From Geosiphon pyriformis uo1 (taxonomy: Eukaryota > Fungi > Glomeromycota): DNA of 64,000 nt. The stretch spans positions 1-64,000 of the forward strand of contig JAAOMT010000671.1 of NCBI GenBank assembly GCA_016748015.1. The letters run 5' to 3'. The position numbers and the translations under genes were made by a program. This document shows, piece by piece, positions 27,912 through 42,301 of the stretch (the stretch's first letter is position 1; every line of letters begins with the position of its first letter). A model generated the notes under the pieces. That model was not told the DNA's origin and did not search any database. It worked only from the letters and a program-made list of their open reading frames with translations.

Positions 27912-30900
27912 ACATCTTTTGAGTTGTTCTAAGTGAAGACTTTGACCAATAGATATTTACTAAATAAATTGACCAAACTTAAGTCCAAACAAAACTTGAA
28001 ACTCACACTTTTTCTGAACTTATTTTTGTTGAAATTCCTACTTAAGACCACAAAAGTACTAAAATTAACTGCTTTAATAATGAGAAAATTGATTTTTATA
28101 GCTTAATTAAACCTAGTTTTAATAAAAACATTAGTATATAAACCCAAAATTATAACTAAAAACTTGTTTTTAAAGAGAAATCATACTAAAATAACTTGGT
28201 TAAAAACTTTTTCTATCTTAAAAACATGCCAAGCCAGAGAATTATTTATAATAATAGTTATTTTAGGACCAAAAAAATTTTTATCTAAACCAAACATAAA
28301 AATTTGCATTTTATCAAATTTATTTATAATCTATAATTTAGTATTAAATCTTAATTTTGTTTTTGTAATAATAAAAATCATATTATTTATAATTATATAC
28401 CATCAAACAACATCTTTCTGTTTTATAGAAACATTAATACTTTAATCATTACATATAATAAACTTCTATACTAAATTAGTTATTAAGATGAAAAAAACAA
28501 TAGAATACTTAAGCCAATATACAACAAATTTAATCTTGTCAAAACTAAACCAACTAAAACTTTAAGAGCCACTATTTTTAATTTTAGTCTATTCATCTTA
28601 GTGGTCAAAATCTTAGATCTATTTAAACCCAAATCTGAAATTTTATTATTTGTAACTAAAAAAAAAATGAATAATACAAATAAGTTATCTAAAACCATAT
28701 TCAAATCCAAAATTAAATTTAATAATAAAAAAAAAAAAATTAAAAAACAGATACCAAAGACACCAGTTCTATAAAATTTAATTTTTACACAATATCTAAC
28801 ACTTAATTTGCCAAAAGCTCTAATAAGTATTCCAAAGATACCAAGTAAATACTAATAAATAAATTATCTTAAACAACTAGAAAACTTTTTTTAATATATA
28901 ATATACTAAAAAAAAATTCAAAGCCAAAACCAAAGTAAATATTATTAAAAAAAACAATAAATAAAATTACTTAAGCCTAAGATTTATTACTAAATACAAT
29001 AGAACAAAAAATAGAAACATTTTTTTTAACATACAACTTGACCAACTAAAGACAATTTTCTTCTAAAGCAACTCTTTTATAAATTTTTTTAGAAAGCAAA
29101 ACAGATATGTTTAATATATTATATTCTAAAATTAAATGTCTAAATGTTTGCACTTCTTATAATAAACCAAATTTAACTTAATTCAAAAGAGTTTTATATT
29201 ACTAAAAATTGGCTTTATGTAAAAAGCAATCTTAGATTTTTCATTTGTTTTAAAACCAACTACAGCATAGCAAATCCTATTATTAGTATTAAATAATTGG
29301 TTGATAATACAAGTTTTTTTACCAGTTTTTTCCAATAAAACACCTAGATCATAAGCTGTTGTTTTCATAGACAAAGTAAACAAGAGTGCTCTAAAACAGT
29401 CTCTAAATATTTAAATATCTCAATTTTTTATAGTTCTGATTATACATACAAATCAAAAAAAACCACTTTGATACCAAATAATTAGCCTAACTTAATTTGG
29501 TAAATTTTACTATAGTTTTTTGCCACAGCCCAATAAATTACAATTAGATTGATACTATTTAACCATATTTGGCTACTGTAGTAATAATTATTTTTTTATA
29601 TATATTTATAAAAATTTCTTTAATAATCAGTTTAATTTGAATGTATTTTTTGTTTTTTAATATTATTATTAATAATAATCTTCTTCTTTTTAGCCAATAA
29701 TATAGTTTTTTTCATATTTTTTTCTAATATAAACATTAATCTGATAATTTTTTTAAATTTTAAGAAAGTAGTAATCTCCCAAAACTGTTGATTAATAAAA
29801 AATTTTTCTTAATTGCTTAAGTTTTAGCTATTATTGATTTGTCTTCTATTGTTAACAGATTAATATTTAAAGCAAAGAATTTTTAAAAGCAATTTTAACT
29901 AGAGTTTTTACTATCTTAAAGTTAATCTATTTTCTGTCCAAAAAAATGTTGAGAAAAGATAGAAGTAAACCAACTTTTTTATTTATATTAAAATTAAAGA
30001 AATCAAGAGAAAAATTACAAACTATATTAAATATTATTTTTTTAGTTTTAGGGATTATGGTAGTTGAATTAAGAAGAAAATCACTACCAATACTAATTAT
30101 AGAATTACTGTTTTTATTATCACTAGAATTACCATCCATATCCGAAAACATACTATTACCAAAATTAGACTTAACTAAAAAAATGTTCTTTTTATTACTA
30201 AAATACTTGATATTACCAAAAACAACTCTTTTCTTTTAAAAAAAAAGCCACTAATAGGACCATAAAAAGCCTTTTTGGATGTTTTTTTTTTAAATATACT
30301 ACTACTTAAAGCAGTTTCCAAATTTATAATACAAGAATTATTAAGTTAAAAAATATTAACAAAAAAAACAAGAAAAAACAAAAACTTCTTTTTTTAAATT
30401 ATAAAAAAAGTTAAAATATTTATAATTTTAAGATTTTATTAAATATTAAATTAATTGTATTAATTAAAACTGTCAAAAAAAAAAATTTAAAATTTTTCTA
30501 ATAAGATTTTTTTTGTTTATAGTAAATTTAATATGATTTATAATAACAATTTTTTTATTTTAAAAAATATTTCTATCTAATTTTCTATTTTTATAAAACT
30601 TATTAAAAAAATAAAAAATTGTAATTGGTTTTTTAAAACATGTATAAAACTTATAATTTATAAATAACTATAAAATACATGATAATCTAAATTAAAATAA
30701 AATTTTTTTATTATTATTTTGAAAATTTTTTTATTCTTTTTTGTATAAAATAAATAACATAAAAATTTATATAATTATAAAATTAATATTAAGTTAATTA
30801 TTAAAACTAATTTAATAACTAATATATTTATTAATAATACTATTTGGATTAAAAATAATTAAGTTATTATTCAATATATTTTGAATATTATAAGCAAATT

Positions 30901-33900
30901 TTTTTAAATTAATAATATATTTATTAATAATAATAATAAAATTGGGATTAAAAATATTTTCTTATTTATTAATAATTTGCTAATTTTTGTTGTAAAAAAA
31001 AATTTTATAAATATCTGAATATTTTTTATTTAAAAATAAATTTTTTAAGTTTAGTTTAATTAAGTTATATTTTAATATTAATTTTTTTGTAAATATAATT
31101 TTAAAAAAAAACAATTTTATATAAATAGTTTTTTAACAATTTTATAGTTTATTATTAGTTATAAATTATAGTTTAGTTTTATTTTAAAAAATATTTGTAT
31201 TAAGTAAAACACTTTAATTAAAACTTTTTAATTAAAACTTTGTATTATTTATTTTTGTATAACTTAAAATATTTTAGGCAAATTTAAGTTAAAAAAAAGT
31301 GATTTTAATAATAATTTTGTTAATACTAATAATATTTTTGGCAAATTATTTTAATATTAGTTTTTGAATTTACAAATTTTAAATTAAATATTCAAAAATT
31401 TGTTATATTATTCTGTATAAATTATTTTAAATAACAATATTTTTTTTACTACTAATTTTTTTATTATATTTTAGTTTATTGACAATATTTTAATGTTAAA
31501 TATTTTTAAAAATTTGGTTTATTATAAAATAATTTATTTGTTAAAAAATTTAAAATAGCATATATAAATTAATTATTAAACAAATATAATTAATGTTTTG
31601 ATTAAAAAAGTATTTTTTTATATTATATATTTAAGATAAATATAAATATTAATAAACAATAAAAATAAAATAAAATATTATTAAAGTATTATAAATTATT
31701 AAAAATATATTTTTAATGTATTTTTTTTAAATTAAAATAGTGTTAAAACAAATAGTATTAAACAAACTTTTTTTAGTTTTTTAATAATAAGTAAAAGTAT
31801 AAAATATTTTTTTGTATTATTTATATTATATATATATAAATATCAAAAATTTATGATAAAAAAATCTATAAAACTATGGTTTTAATAATACATAAAAAAA
31901 CAAAAATTGGTTGTAAATAACTACTTTAAAATATTATTAATTTTTGTTTAATTTTATTATTTTTATATATATTAAAAAAAATTATATAAAAAATATTTAC
32001 CAATAAAATTTTTAAGTATGTCAATATTTATTTTTTTTTTTTCAAATTATTTTCACAAATTTTTTTAATTTTAAAAGAATAATATTTTATTTATATAAAT
32101 TTAAAAATTTTTTTTGTATTATTTTTTTTATATTATATTATATTATTTTATTTTATTTTAACTTTTATATTAAATGTATTGTTTTTAATTTTTATTAAAA
32201 AAACATTTGCTTATAATATAAAAAATAAAATTTTTAAAAAAATTTATAAGATTTTTTTTGCAATAAATGCTTATTTAAAAGATTTCTACAATAATAAATA
32301 AATTAATAAAAGACAAAATTGCATTAAAACTTATTTATTTTAATTATTATTATTTTTAAAATTGATATTTATTGTTATATAAATATATTTTTTATAAATA
32401 TATATATAATAATACAAAGTTGTTAATAATTAATATTTAAAAAATAAATTAATAAAAATAAATGTTTAAAGCAAATAAAAAAATAAAAAAAGTGTTTTAT
32501 TGTAAATAAATTAACAAAAAAATTGCATAATATAAAGTGTGCTACAACAAAATCAAACAAAGTAAATATTTGACATTACTGGTCATCAAGATCAAATATT
32601 TATTTGCTCATACCTATTTTATCTTTTATTTTGGTATATTTGATACTAATAATTCTTTCCAGTATAATTAATTTTATAACAGCTTATTTATTTATAAAAG
32701 TTAATATGATGTGTCAAAAGAGGTGTTAAATTTTTCTTGATTCTAGTAACAGAAAAAGCAAATATGTCTAAGCACATAAATTCAGTTAGGAAGACTTCCT
32801 GATTTGTTAATGAAAATTATTCTTTTTATAATAGTAAAAAAATTAGAGAAGTTTTTGAAAACAATTGTAGAACATTAAACAAAATTTCTGAAATATTACA
32901 ATATTCAATTACTTTTTTTCTTTATAAGCCACTATTGTTATCAAAAGACAATAATAGAATTATTATATCTGACTTGTTGTTTACAGATATTATGAGAGTT
33001 TTAATAATAGTTGACATATGATACAGTACTGCTGCTCTTGGTGCTTTAGAAACTGGTAGTGCTTCAAAGACTGATAGTGCTTCAAAGACTGGTAGTGCTT
33101 TGGAGACTATTGCTGTAAGTATTGATGAAGTTACTCTGGATCAAATTTTGGTTAACAAGATTACTTTTTTTTCATATTAGAAGAAAAAATTAACAGATTT
33201 ACAAGTAAGAATAATGGTCCAATGGGATCCTTCAGGAACAAGTTTGTTAATAGAATATTGCTTAAACAAATTAATTAGGAATGGAATTCAAATTTACCTT
33301 TTTTTAAGAAAAAAAATATGACCAATAATAAAACTTAGAGCATAAAAATTCTGATATATACCCAATAAATACATTTTCACACCAACTTTGGCATCTGTAA
33401 TTAAAAAAAGACTCTATACTAGCAATTATATTTATTATTTGACCAATATTTAGTATTAGCAAACAAAAGTTTGACTAATAGTTTTAAAGATATATTAAAA
33501 TTTAACTTTTTTGGAACAAATAAATCCATGTTAAATGTTTTTCATAATTCAAACATAATCATACAAAATGAAGATTCGGACCTAGATTCAACATATCATG
33601 TTTTAAAAATGCCAATTATAAATAGTAATACACCCAATTCAATATAAACAAAACTGTACACAATACAATGTATTTATAATTTCTTAAAGGATATTTATTA
33701 GGCTGTCACACAATTAATTTGATAAGCTTTGAAAACATAATCTCTTAAAAGAGATATTAGAAAGTTAATAATAGATAATAGTTGTGATTTTATTAACAGA
33801 TTTATATTTTTTGATAATCTGTTTTTTCATTTGTTACTGAAATTGGTTTTCAAGTATCTAATAATGTTTTTTTAATTTACTTTGCTTTAAGAAAGTCTAT

Positions 33901-35754
33901 TTTTTTTATTTGTGCAATTTTACTAAATTTTTTCATTTCTTTACTTAATATCTATTTATGGCCAATATTATAAAAAACATGATTAGAGACATTTGAATTT
34001 ACAAACTGTGTCTTTTTTATCTGAACTCAAAATTGATTTGATTTAGCAATAAAGCTAAAATGTGTATGAGATCTGTATATTTCACTTTTAGAATATTTGA
34101 TAACATTAAAGAAATTAGTATGCAATCTCTTAAATTTAATACAATTACATACTACAATTTTCCAATGCTATTGTGAAAGTATAGAAGGAATCAATGATTT
34201 AAGCATTTTGTTAATTTCTTCAAAAATTGCATTATGGTTTTGATGTTAATTTAAAAGTTAAATTAAGAAATTACAATTTTTTTTTGAATCAGCTTGCAAA
34301 CTTCAAACTTTAATCATAGTTATTGTTCTTTATTAGCAATTTCAATTAATTAGTAAATAGAATGATGTTGAGCAGACCAAATTGGTGCAAATATTTGTCT
34401 AGTTACAAGTTTTAATAAAGACTTATTGAAATAAACTTCAGTGCAAAAGTTAATAATTGCTTGTAAATAAAAAAAAACTTGTTCATACTTTAACCTAAAC
34501 ATGGAATCTGTTTTATTTTGGGCCCATTCTAAATAATCTTCAACAGATAAATTTTTCTTAAAAACAACATATGGCCATATTATTTCAGAAGCCATTATAT
34601 GCTTATATATATTATATATCAAATCTTACAACTTATAATGATCAAAACATTTTTTAAAAAACTGCAGTTGACTTTTACTCCAATATCTCTGATATTGTAC
34701 AAAGTATTTTATATCAATATTTCAATTCAGTTCAACAAATGCTTTTAGCATATTTATTTCTTAATAAAAAACACTTAAAACCAATATAAGTTAAAAAAAG
34801 TCTTTTTTAATTATTTGTGCATGATGATAAGGTACTTCATCACATGTTATTATAATCTATCTGTAACTATCATCTTTAATGCTGAATAGTTCTTTAATAT
34901 GCCCAAAAATTTTTTAAATATTGACAATTAAGTTTGAATTTATGACTATTGGATTAGAAACATATAATTACAACATATAATCTTAATTTTTGAATACAAT
35001 TGTGTATTTTTAAATGTGTGAAAATAAGAAATAAGTTTTTTGTCAATGTTAGCTAATTTATTTAATTAATTTATCTTAGTAATTATTGGTAATTTGTTAT
35101 AGCATACAGAATAAACTTGCTTCTTATTATTAATATTAGACAATTAACAAATTGGACATTTTTTTAGAAAACCAATTTGGCTTTAATGTTGTGCTAATTT
35201 ATTAATCACATTTGTTTTTTGACTTTTTTTTGCACAAAGCTCTTCTAAAATAATAGTAAAATAATTAGTAAGTTTTTTATGAATTTTATTTATTATACTT
35301 AAAGTTAAAGAAAATAATTTTTTATATTCCTTTTCAGAAAGTTCAAAATACAACCAAAAATATATATTTTGAATATTATTAATTTGATCATAATTAAAAA
35401 CAACAAAACTCATAATGATATTGAATATAACTGTATTATATCTACAATCTAAGTAATTTTTTTGACCTTTTTGTTTATTGTCAAAAGCTAAAAATAAAAA
35501 TCCTTTAAGAAGTTTTGATTGTTCTATAGCCAAACTTTCTAACCAATTAGTAAACTTTTTATAACAACTGGAACTTATAATATGATTATTAATATTAATA
35601 ATTATTTTCAATCTTACTATTAAATATTTGATTGCTGAAGTGGCTAAATCAATAGCAGAAACATATTGTTACAGTTGAAACCCATAATTTTTATTAGTTA
35701 TCACATGTATTAGTCACTAATATCATATAATTAGCCATTCTATTTTTAGATAGT

Positions 35755-35885
35755 GATCATTAACCTGATCAATGATCTAACTGTTGACCTGATCATTGAT
35801 CTGATCATTGACCTGATCAATGACTTGATCGTTGACCTGATCATTGACCTGATCATTGACCTAATCATTGATTTGATTGTTGACC
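35755..35885 (+). repeat. 12-bp tandem repeat (TTGACCTGATCA) in the Gypsy-2 LTR; a shorter array lies at about 43113-43195
   Basis: Read directly from the sequence; copy number differs between the two LTRs. Confidence 0.85.
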
Positions 35886-37219
35886 ACTTTCATTAGCTAT
35901 ATAAGCAATAAGTCTCTTAGCTGTAGAAAATCATCTCTCAGACAAGAATCAAATAAATAAAAATAACAACTTTTATCTCAATCATTCTCTTATCGCTAAT
36001 TTCCCTTTCCCTACCTTCAAGTATCCAAACATCTTAGGATAAAAGATTACTTGTTGGCCTTTTCCTGACATATATAATTGTAGCATTTGAAGATTATTTG
36101 AATAAACGTGACTGAAAAGCACAAGTTGATACCTGATATTGAATTCTAAGAGNNNNNNNNNNNNNNNNNNNNTGTTGACCACTTTCATTAGCTATATAAG
36201 CAATAAGTCTCTTAGCTGTAGAAAATCATCTCTCAGACAAGAATCAAATAAATAAAAATAACAACTTTTATCTCAATCATTCTCTTATCGCTAATTTCCC
36301 TTTCCCTACCTTCAAGTATCCAAACATCTTAGGATAAAAGATTACTTGTTGGCCTTTTCCTGACATATATAATTGTAGCATTTGAAGATTATTTGAATAA
36401 ACGTGACTGAAAAGCACAAGTTGATACCTGATATTGAATTCTAAGAGCACCGACATGAGCCATAGAATTATACCAGTGGTGATCAATTATTGACAGTATG
36501 GACTATTTCTCTACCTTCAGATTTCTTTGTTACTTTTTGAAAAAAATAGCGACTGAAATATTTTATGAGACTGATCTTGCACATTAAATCCATACTCATT
36601 CAATTCGCTTATTGAAGTTGAATTCCTTTTGATTATTTCCATCACTCTACAATCCTGTTCTTTCTTGCTATCCGTTAGCTTGTTACTCCAACTCATAACA
36701 TAAAAGTGATGCTCCCTGTGAGGTTGTCAAAATTCACTTATTCCCTTATTGTATAGGTGATTATTCATATCTGCCACAGCAATTAGAAGAACACTTTGCA
36801 GTACACAACAGAAACAACCTAGATTTCATTGAACTTAATCCTCTGCCCTTCTGCTTGATCTGCTTTCCCCTTGAAGAACAATCCAGTAGACAATTTCAAG
36901 ACTTTTGGAACTGGTTCCTGAATGAGCTTTCAGCTGAAACCTACACAGCTTATACAACCTATTACTTTGACCAAGCTTATTTTGAAAATAACTTTGAAGA
37001 AAGAAACAACAGTATCAATCAGCTCTTATATTCTGCGACCTTTGAACAACAGCCCCCTGATTTCGAATATCTGAATTATCAAATCCACATTTGGATTGCT
37101 GCCCATCAAGCAACTGAAACTCCCTTTGAAACAGAAGAAGAAAGCTACCAAACTGCCCCTGTTTTTGACCTTTTATCAAGCGAATCAGACTTGTCTACAC
37201 AAACAGTTACACCTGAACC

Positions 37220-38306
37220 AATGGCTAATGACCCCATGCAAGCAAACATTCTGGCTACCCTTCAAGATATACAAACTGTTCTAAAAAAAAGAAACAATAC
37301 TCCACTACCACTATTTAGAGGTGATGCACAAGATCCAATTGAATGGTTGGATGATTTTGAGAGAGCTGCCACAGCCAACTAGTATGATGAAGAATACAAG
37401 TTCCAAATCATTGGTGGCTACCTCCAAGGCTCTCCTGCTACTTGGTTCTCACAAGAAACAGATGCCAATGCTCAACACAGAATAATTAGATGGACACCAA
37501 TCAATGCTGAAAAAAAAAATACCTCTTTCACTACCCAATTTGAGACCAAGTTCAGAACCCCAATTTTAATATCCAAATGGCGTATGGAATTGGAAAGAAG
37601 AACCCAAGACCCTGGAAAAGTAGTGACTGAATATACCAAAGCTATTAGAAAGCTAATCAAACATGTAGACTCTGGGAGAAATTGAACAGAAGAGCAGAAA
37701 ATTCACTCCTTCACAAAAGGATTGAGAACTGATCTATCGTATGCTCTTTGGTCCCTTTTGGCCCTGAAAGATAATCCCACCATGGATATGGCCATTGAAT
37801 TAGCACAAAAAATTAAAGATAACCAAAGGATGCACTTGGAATTCACACTACCAGTTTTTGTTCCTGCTCTTGTTATGGCTCCTGCCCCTCAAATGGCTGC
37901 TACTTCTTTTGCCATTCACATTCAAGATTCAAATGAACAGTTAATAGACAGACTCACAGCAAATCTTGCCTGGTTATTAGAACCTTTAGCCCAAGCAGTC
38001 AGAGAAAATCAACAACCACAAAGACCCAGATTTGAACCATGCTTCAATCAGTCCCAGCAACCACCTTATCAAAGACAACAAAATCATAGCCCACCTGTAT
38101 GCTATCGCTGTGGATTAACTGGACACTTTTCAAGAGATTGCAACAATTCTCCACTGCCTCCACCAGTTCCCAGAAACAATGATGCTCAGAACAACAGACC
38201 CAACAACAACAATGTTCCCAACCAAAGACCCAATCATGCCAACATCAATTTCTTTGGAGAGGATCCCCTAGTTGAAGCCACTGTTTATCAGCCTTTAAAC
38301 TGGTAG
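37220..38306 (+). pseudogene. gag: Gypsy-2 gag with CCHC knuckle (premature stops at about 37380 and 37683)
   Basis: PLFRGDAQDPIEWLDDFERAATAN; CYRCGLTGHFSRDC. Confidence 0.9.
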
Positions 38307-38389
38307 GTGCACCTTCAAAGGATAAGAGTACAAGCCAACCAGAAAAAAATCCCTTTTATGCTTTTAACTTAACTGATGATAACCATAAC

Positions 38390-41300
38390 ATGAATGAATT
38401 AGCAATCAACCCTTCTGAATCCACAAAAAAGAAGAAGAAAGCCAAAGTTGATTTTGTTCTGGACCCCAATAAAGCTTCTACATCAACTGCTGACAACAAT
38501 GAACCCCCAAAAGCCAAAGTTTTCAAGAACTCTCCAAAGTTGAAACCTCTAGAAATAGTACAAAAATCCGGCCCCTATTCTGTTGTCAAAGACTTCATGG
38601 AAACCCCAGCACATATAACCTTTGGCCAATTGATGACCCATCCACAATTCAGAAAAAATCTTCACAAATCTCTAATTCCAAAGAAAAAGACACCCAAAAC
38701 CAACAAATGCTCTCGCCAAACTGGACTTGTTGACAATAGCAATGTCACTCCTCTAATTTGCAAAGCCCAAGTGGCTGGCTACTTCATCAATTTGATCCTA
38801 GACAATGGATCATCTGTTAGTGTTATTGCTAAACACTTTCTTGAAGCAATTGGCAGAAAAATTGATGAACCATCCACACAACCAATGACCAATGTGCATG
38901 GTGATAAAAAGAAAGGACTTGGCATAGCCAAAGCTATTCCTGTCCACATCAATGGCATCAGCATTAAAACTGATATGAAAGTATCTGAAGTGAAAGAATA
39001 CACCATCATTGTTGGCAATGAATGGCTCAAGAAAGCAAAAGCTTTGCTTGATTATGAACTCTGTGAACTAACCATCAGATGTGGTAAGAAACCCATTGTG
39101 GTTAAGTATTATCATTGGACAACTCCCCCAGTACCCAAGCAGAGCCCAAAAGAAAATGAATCAGACAAATCAGATGATGAAAAAAGTGAGGAAGAAGAAG
39201 AACAAGAAGAAACTGCTGAACTCGCCTATACCATCTTCACCAGCAATGGCAAACCACTGGATAATATCAAGGCAAATAAAGAAAGAATCATTGTCAATGG
39301 CAAGCTGATCTGCTGGCCTTATTATAACATGCTCAAAAGAATCTTTAACAGAAAGCCAGGCAAGAAAACCAAATACAGTTATTGGTGGCATGGTCCTTGT
39401 GCCTGGTACTGGTGCGACAAACCATTGTATTCTCCTAGTAATGAATGCATGTCCTGCCTGATCTATTACAAAGATTGGGAACCAATCAGCTTGATACCCC
39501 ATGAGGAAATAAAAGAAGTCCAAAAGTCCTTTGAAAACGAACCACCTGAAATCCAATCACTGGTTGTAGAACAAAGAGAACCCTCTTCAGAAGAAAGAAA
39601 GATAGACATTGAAAACCTGCTGGCTAGAAACAGCCCAGTTATCTCAAAAGAAGGTGAACCTTTTGAATGTACACATGTGATACAACACACCATCATTACC
39701 AAAGAAACTCACTCCATCTATTTGAAGCCCTATCAATCCAACCAGCACAATAATGAATTTATAAAAAGGAAATAACCTGAATGAAAAACCTTGGATTCAT
39801 ACAAAAAACCAAAAGTGAATGGGCATTCCCAGTTGTAGTGGTATCTAAGAAAGGAGAAACCTTATGCTTTTGTGTTGACTATCGCCAATTAAATGCCATT
39901 ACTGAAAGAGACATGTATCCACTTCTCAAGATTGATGCAATGCTAGACCAATTCCATGGTGCTGCTTTTTTCTCAATCATTGACTTAATTGCTGGATTCT
40001 GGCAAGTAGAGATGGATCCAGAAAGCAGAAAAAAAACTGCCTTTATCACCAAGTATGGCACCTATGAATTCACAGTTATGCCTTTTGGTCTCACAAATGC
40101 TCCTCTCACCTTTCAACACTTAATGGACAAAGTATTTGAATCAGTAAAAGAAAACTTTGTTCTAGTCTACTTGGACGACATAATGGTATACTCAAAAACC
40201 TGAGATGAATACCTTGAACATTTGCAAAAGGTTTTTGATCTCCTTAGAAATGTTGGCCTCAAGATCAATTCAATCAAATCATTCTTTGGATGTCAATCCA
40301 CTCAGTTCCTTGGCCATCTTATTACAAAAGATGGAATCTTCCTTGATCCAGCCAAAATTGAAAAAGGTTAAAACATTAGACAACCAATAAATGTTTATGA
40401 ACTATGCTCTTTTCTTGGTTTGGCCTCTTATTATCGCAAGTTTGTCAAAGATTTCTCCAAAATTGCCACTCCTTTCAATCAGCTACTTAGGAAAAACATC
40501 AATTATTACTGGGGCACTCATCAACAAAAAGCATTTGAAATTCTGAAGGAAAAACTGGTTACAGAACCCATCCTCATGCAACTTAATCTGGATTGACCTT
40601 TTATCCTCCATACTAATGCATCTGGCTATAGACTTGGTGCTGTTCTTTCTCAGAAAGACAAAGATGACAGGGAACATACCATAGCATATGCCAGTAGAAC
40701 TCTCACACCAGCAGAAAGGAACTATTTAGTCACTAAGTAAGAATGCTTAGCAGTAGTTTGGGCTACCAGCTACTGGGACAAATATCTTAAGGGTGTGAAA
40801 TTTTTGGTGGTAACAGATCACTAAGCTTTGGTTTGACTACACAACAAAAGAAACTTGGAACATAAACAGATAACTCACTGAATACTCCACTTGGATGAAT
40901 TTGACTATAACATTCAACACCGCAAAGGAGCTAATCATCAAAACACTGATGCTTTCTCCAGACTTACTATCTAGTGATAGTAAAACCCTCCCAAACCAAA
41001 CCAACTTAATTATTTGTAACTCCTCTATAAACAAACATGATAATGAACTTGGACAACTACTCTGCCTTAATGGAATTTTTGTATAAAGGACAATACCTGC
41101 CGGATTATACTCGACAGCAAAGAGAACATTTGTGCAAACAATCAAATTTTTATTTGATTTGCCAAAACCAGTTATATAAAAGAAATAAAAAAAATCTTGA
41201 CTGCCCTCAGAGAGTCATTAGATTTGAAGAAAGAGAAATTGTGATCTACAATATGCACACTGATCCATTAGCTGGACACTTTGGAAAAACAAAAATGATT

Positions 41301-42296
41301 CAGAAAACTTTAGCTCACTATTATTGGCCTACCTTGGGAAAAGACATTGCTGAATACATCAAAACCTATGATATCTGCCAAAGAAGAGGAAAACCCAATC
41401 ACAAAAAAGATATCCATCCAATCTCTATTGGTCAACCCTTTAACAGAATTGGTATAGATGTTATTAGACCTTTAACAATAATTCCTGATGGCAACAGATA
41501 CATTATCACAGCTACCGACTATTTTACAAAGTGGGTAGAAGCAAGAGCCACTTCAGATCAAACAGCAGTCTCAATAGCCAATTTCATTTATGAAGATATC
41601 ATTTGTCATCATGGCTGCCCTAAAGAACTTTTATCTGACAGAGAAAAAGCTTTTTTCAGTACACTTGTTGAAGAACTTTGCAGAAAAATAGGAATATGTT
41701 ACAAACTTTTCTCTTCTTATCACTCCCAAACAAATGGCCTAGTGGAATGTTTTAATAAAACATTATATGAAACCTTAGCCAAAACCAGCAAAGAAACAAA
41801 CTTATAGGACAAAGTACTATCTTCAGCTTTGTTTGCTTATAGAACTGTGAATCATGACATAACAAGTTATGAATCCTTTTATCTACTCTATGGACGAATA
41901 GCAACCCTACCAATAGAAACTGACATTGAGACAATACCCTTTGAAAAAATAACAATAGGGAATTACAAAGACATTTTGCAAAAAAGATTTGGTATTATTC
42001 TTGACTCATTAGTAGAAGCATGGATAATTGCTTTTAAAAAGATAAAACAATTCCAAGAGAAGCTTAAGAAAAAGAAAACATATAAAACACTTTTCTTAAG
42101 TATTGGTGACTTAGTTTTAGAATACTGTTCAGACAGAGACAATGTCTATGGTGATAAATTCTCTAGCTGGTGGAAAGAACCCTTTATAGTCAACAAAGTT
42201 TTGAACAATGGTTCTTATATCTTACAAGATCAATATGGAACAATCTTCAATAATTGCCCTGTTCATGGTACACAACTCAAAAAATATCACAAATGA
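38390..42296 (+). pseudogene. pol: Gypsy-2 protease, RT, RNase H and integrase, several stops
   Basis: LILDNGSSVS; WAFPVVVVSKK...FCVDYRQLN; MPFGLTNAP; YLDD; HTDPLAGHFG; IGIDVI; YHSQTNGLVE. Confidence 0.95.
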
Positions 42297-42301
42297 CCTG
42301 A

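Larger units (their letters stand above)
10421..30395 (-). mobile_element. LINE copy 2, split by a solo LTR (13641-14575) and Gypsy-1 (15591-27911)
   Basis: The sequence at 10421-10510 resembles the reverse complement of the LINE-3 3'UTR and poly(A). Fragments 11569-11976 (RNase H), 12582-12764, 15400-15618, 28483-28710, 29183-29383 and 29927-30151 match LINE-3. The sequence rejoins across 15590/27912 in register with copy 1 at about 5735-5770. Confidence 0.9.

Noticed and set aside
7177-30239. Plus-strand I/L/K/F-rich ORFs (7177-7422, 7620-7889, 15041-15307, 28164-28445, 29946-30239)
   Set aside because: Antisense to decayed LINE ORFs; compositional artefacts.
33040-33110. 18-bp tandem repeat (ACTGGTAGTGCTTCAAAG x3)
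   Set aside because: A real but ordinary low-complexity repeat inside the decayed element, with no further structure.
35755-35885. 12-bp LTR repeats and ~20-bp Gypsy-1 LTR repeats as a CRISPR-like array
   Set aside because: Head-to-tail repeats with no unique spacers, inside LTRs, and no cas genes.
35875-36450. ~280 bp direct duplication in the Gypsy-2 5' LTR
   Set aside because: The two identical copies flank the N-run (36153-36171) and the 3' LTR has one copy, so this is most likely a scaffolding artefact.
36277-36486. 69-aa antisense ORF repeated in both Gypsy-2 LTRs (also 43291-43500)
   Set aside because: Short, no recognisable motif, and its recurrence is explained by LTR duplication.
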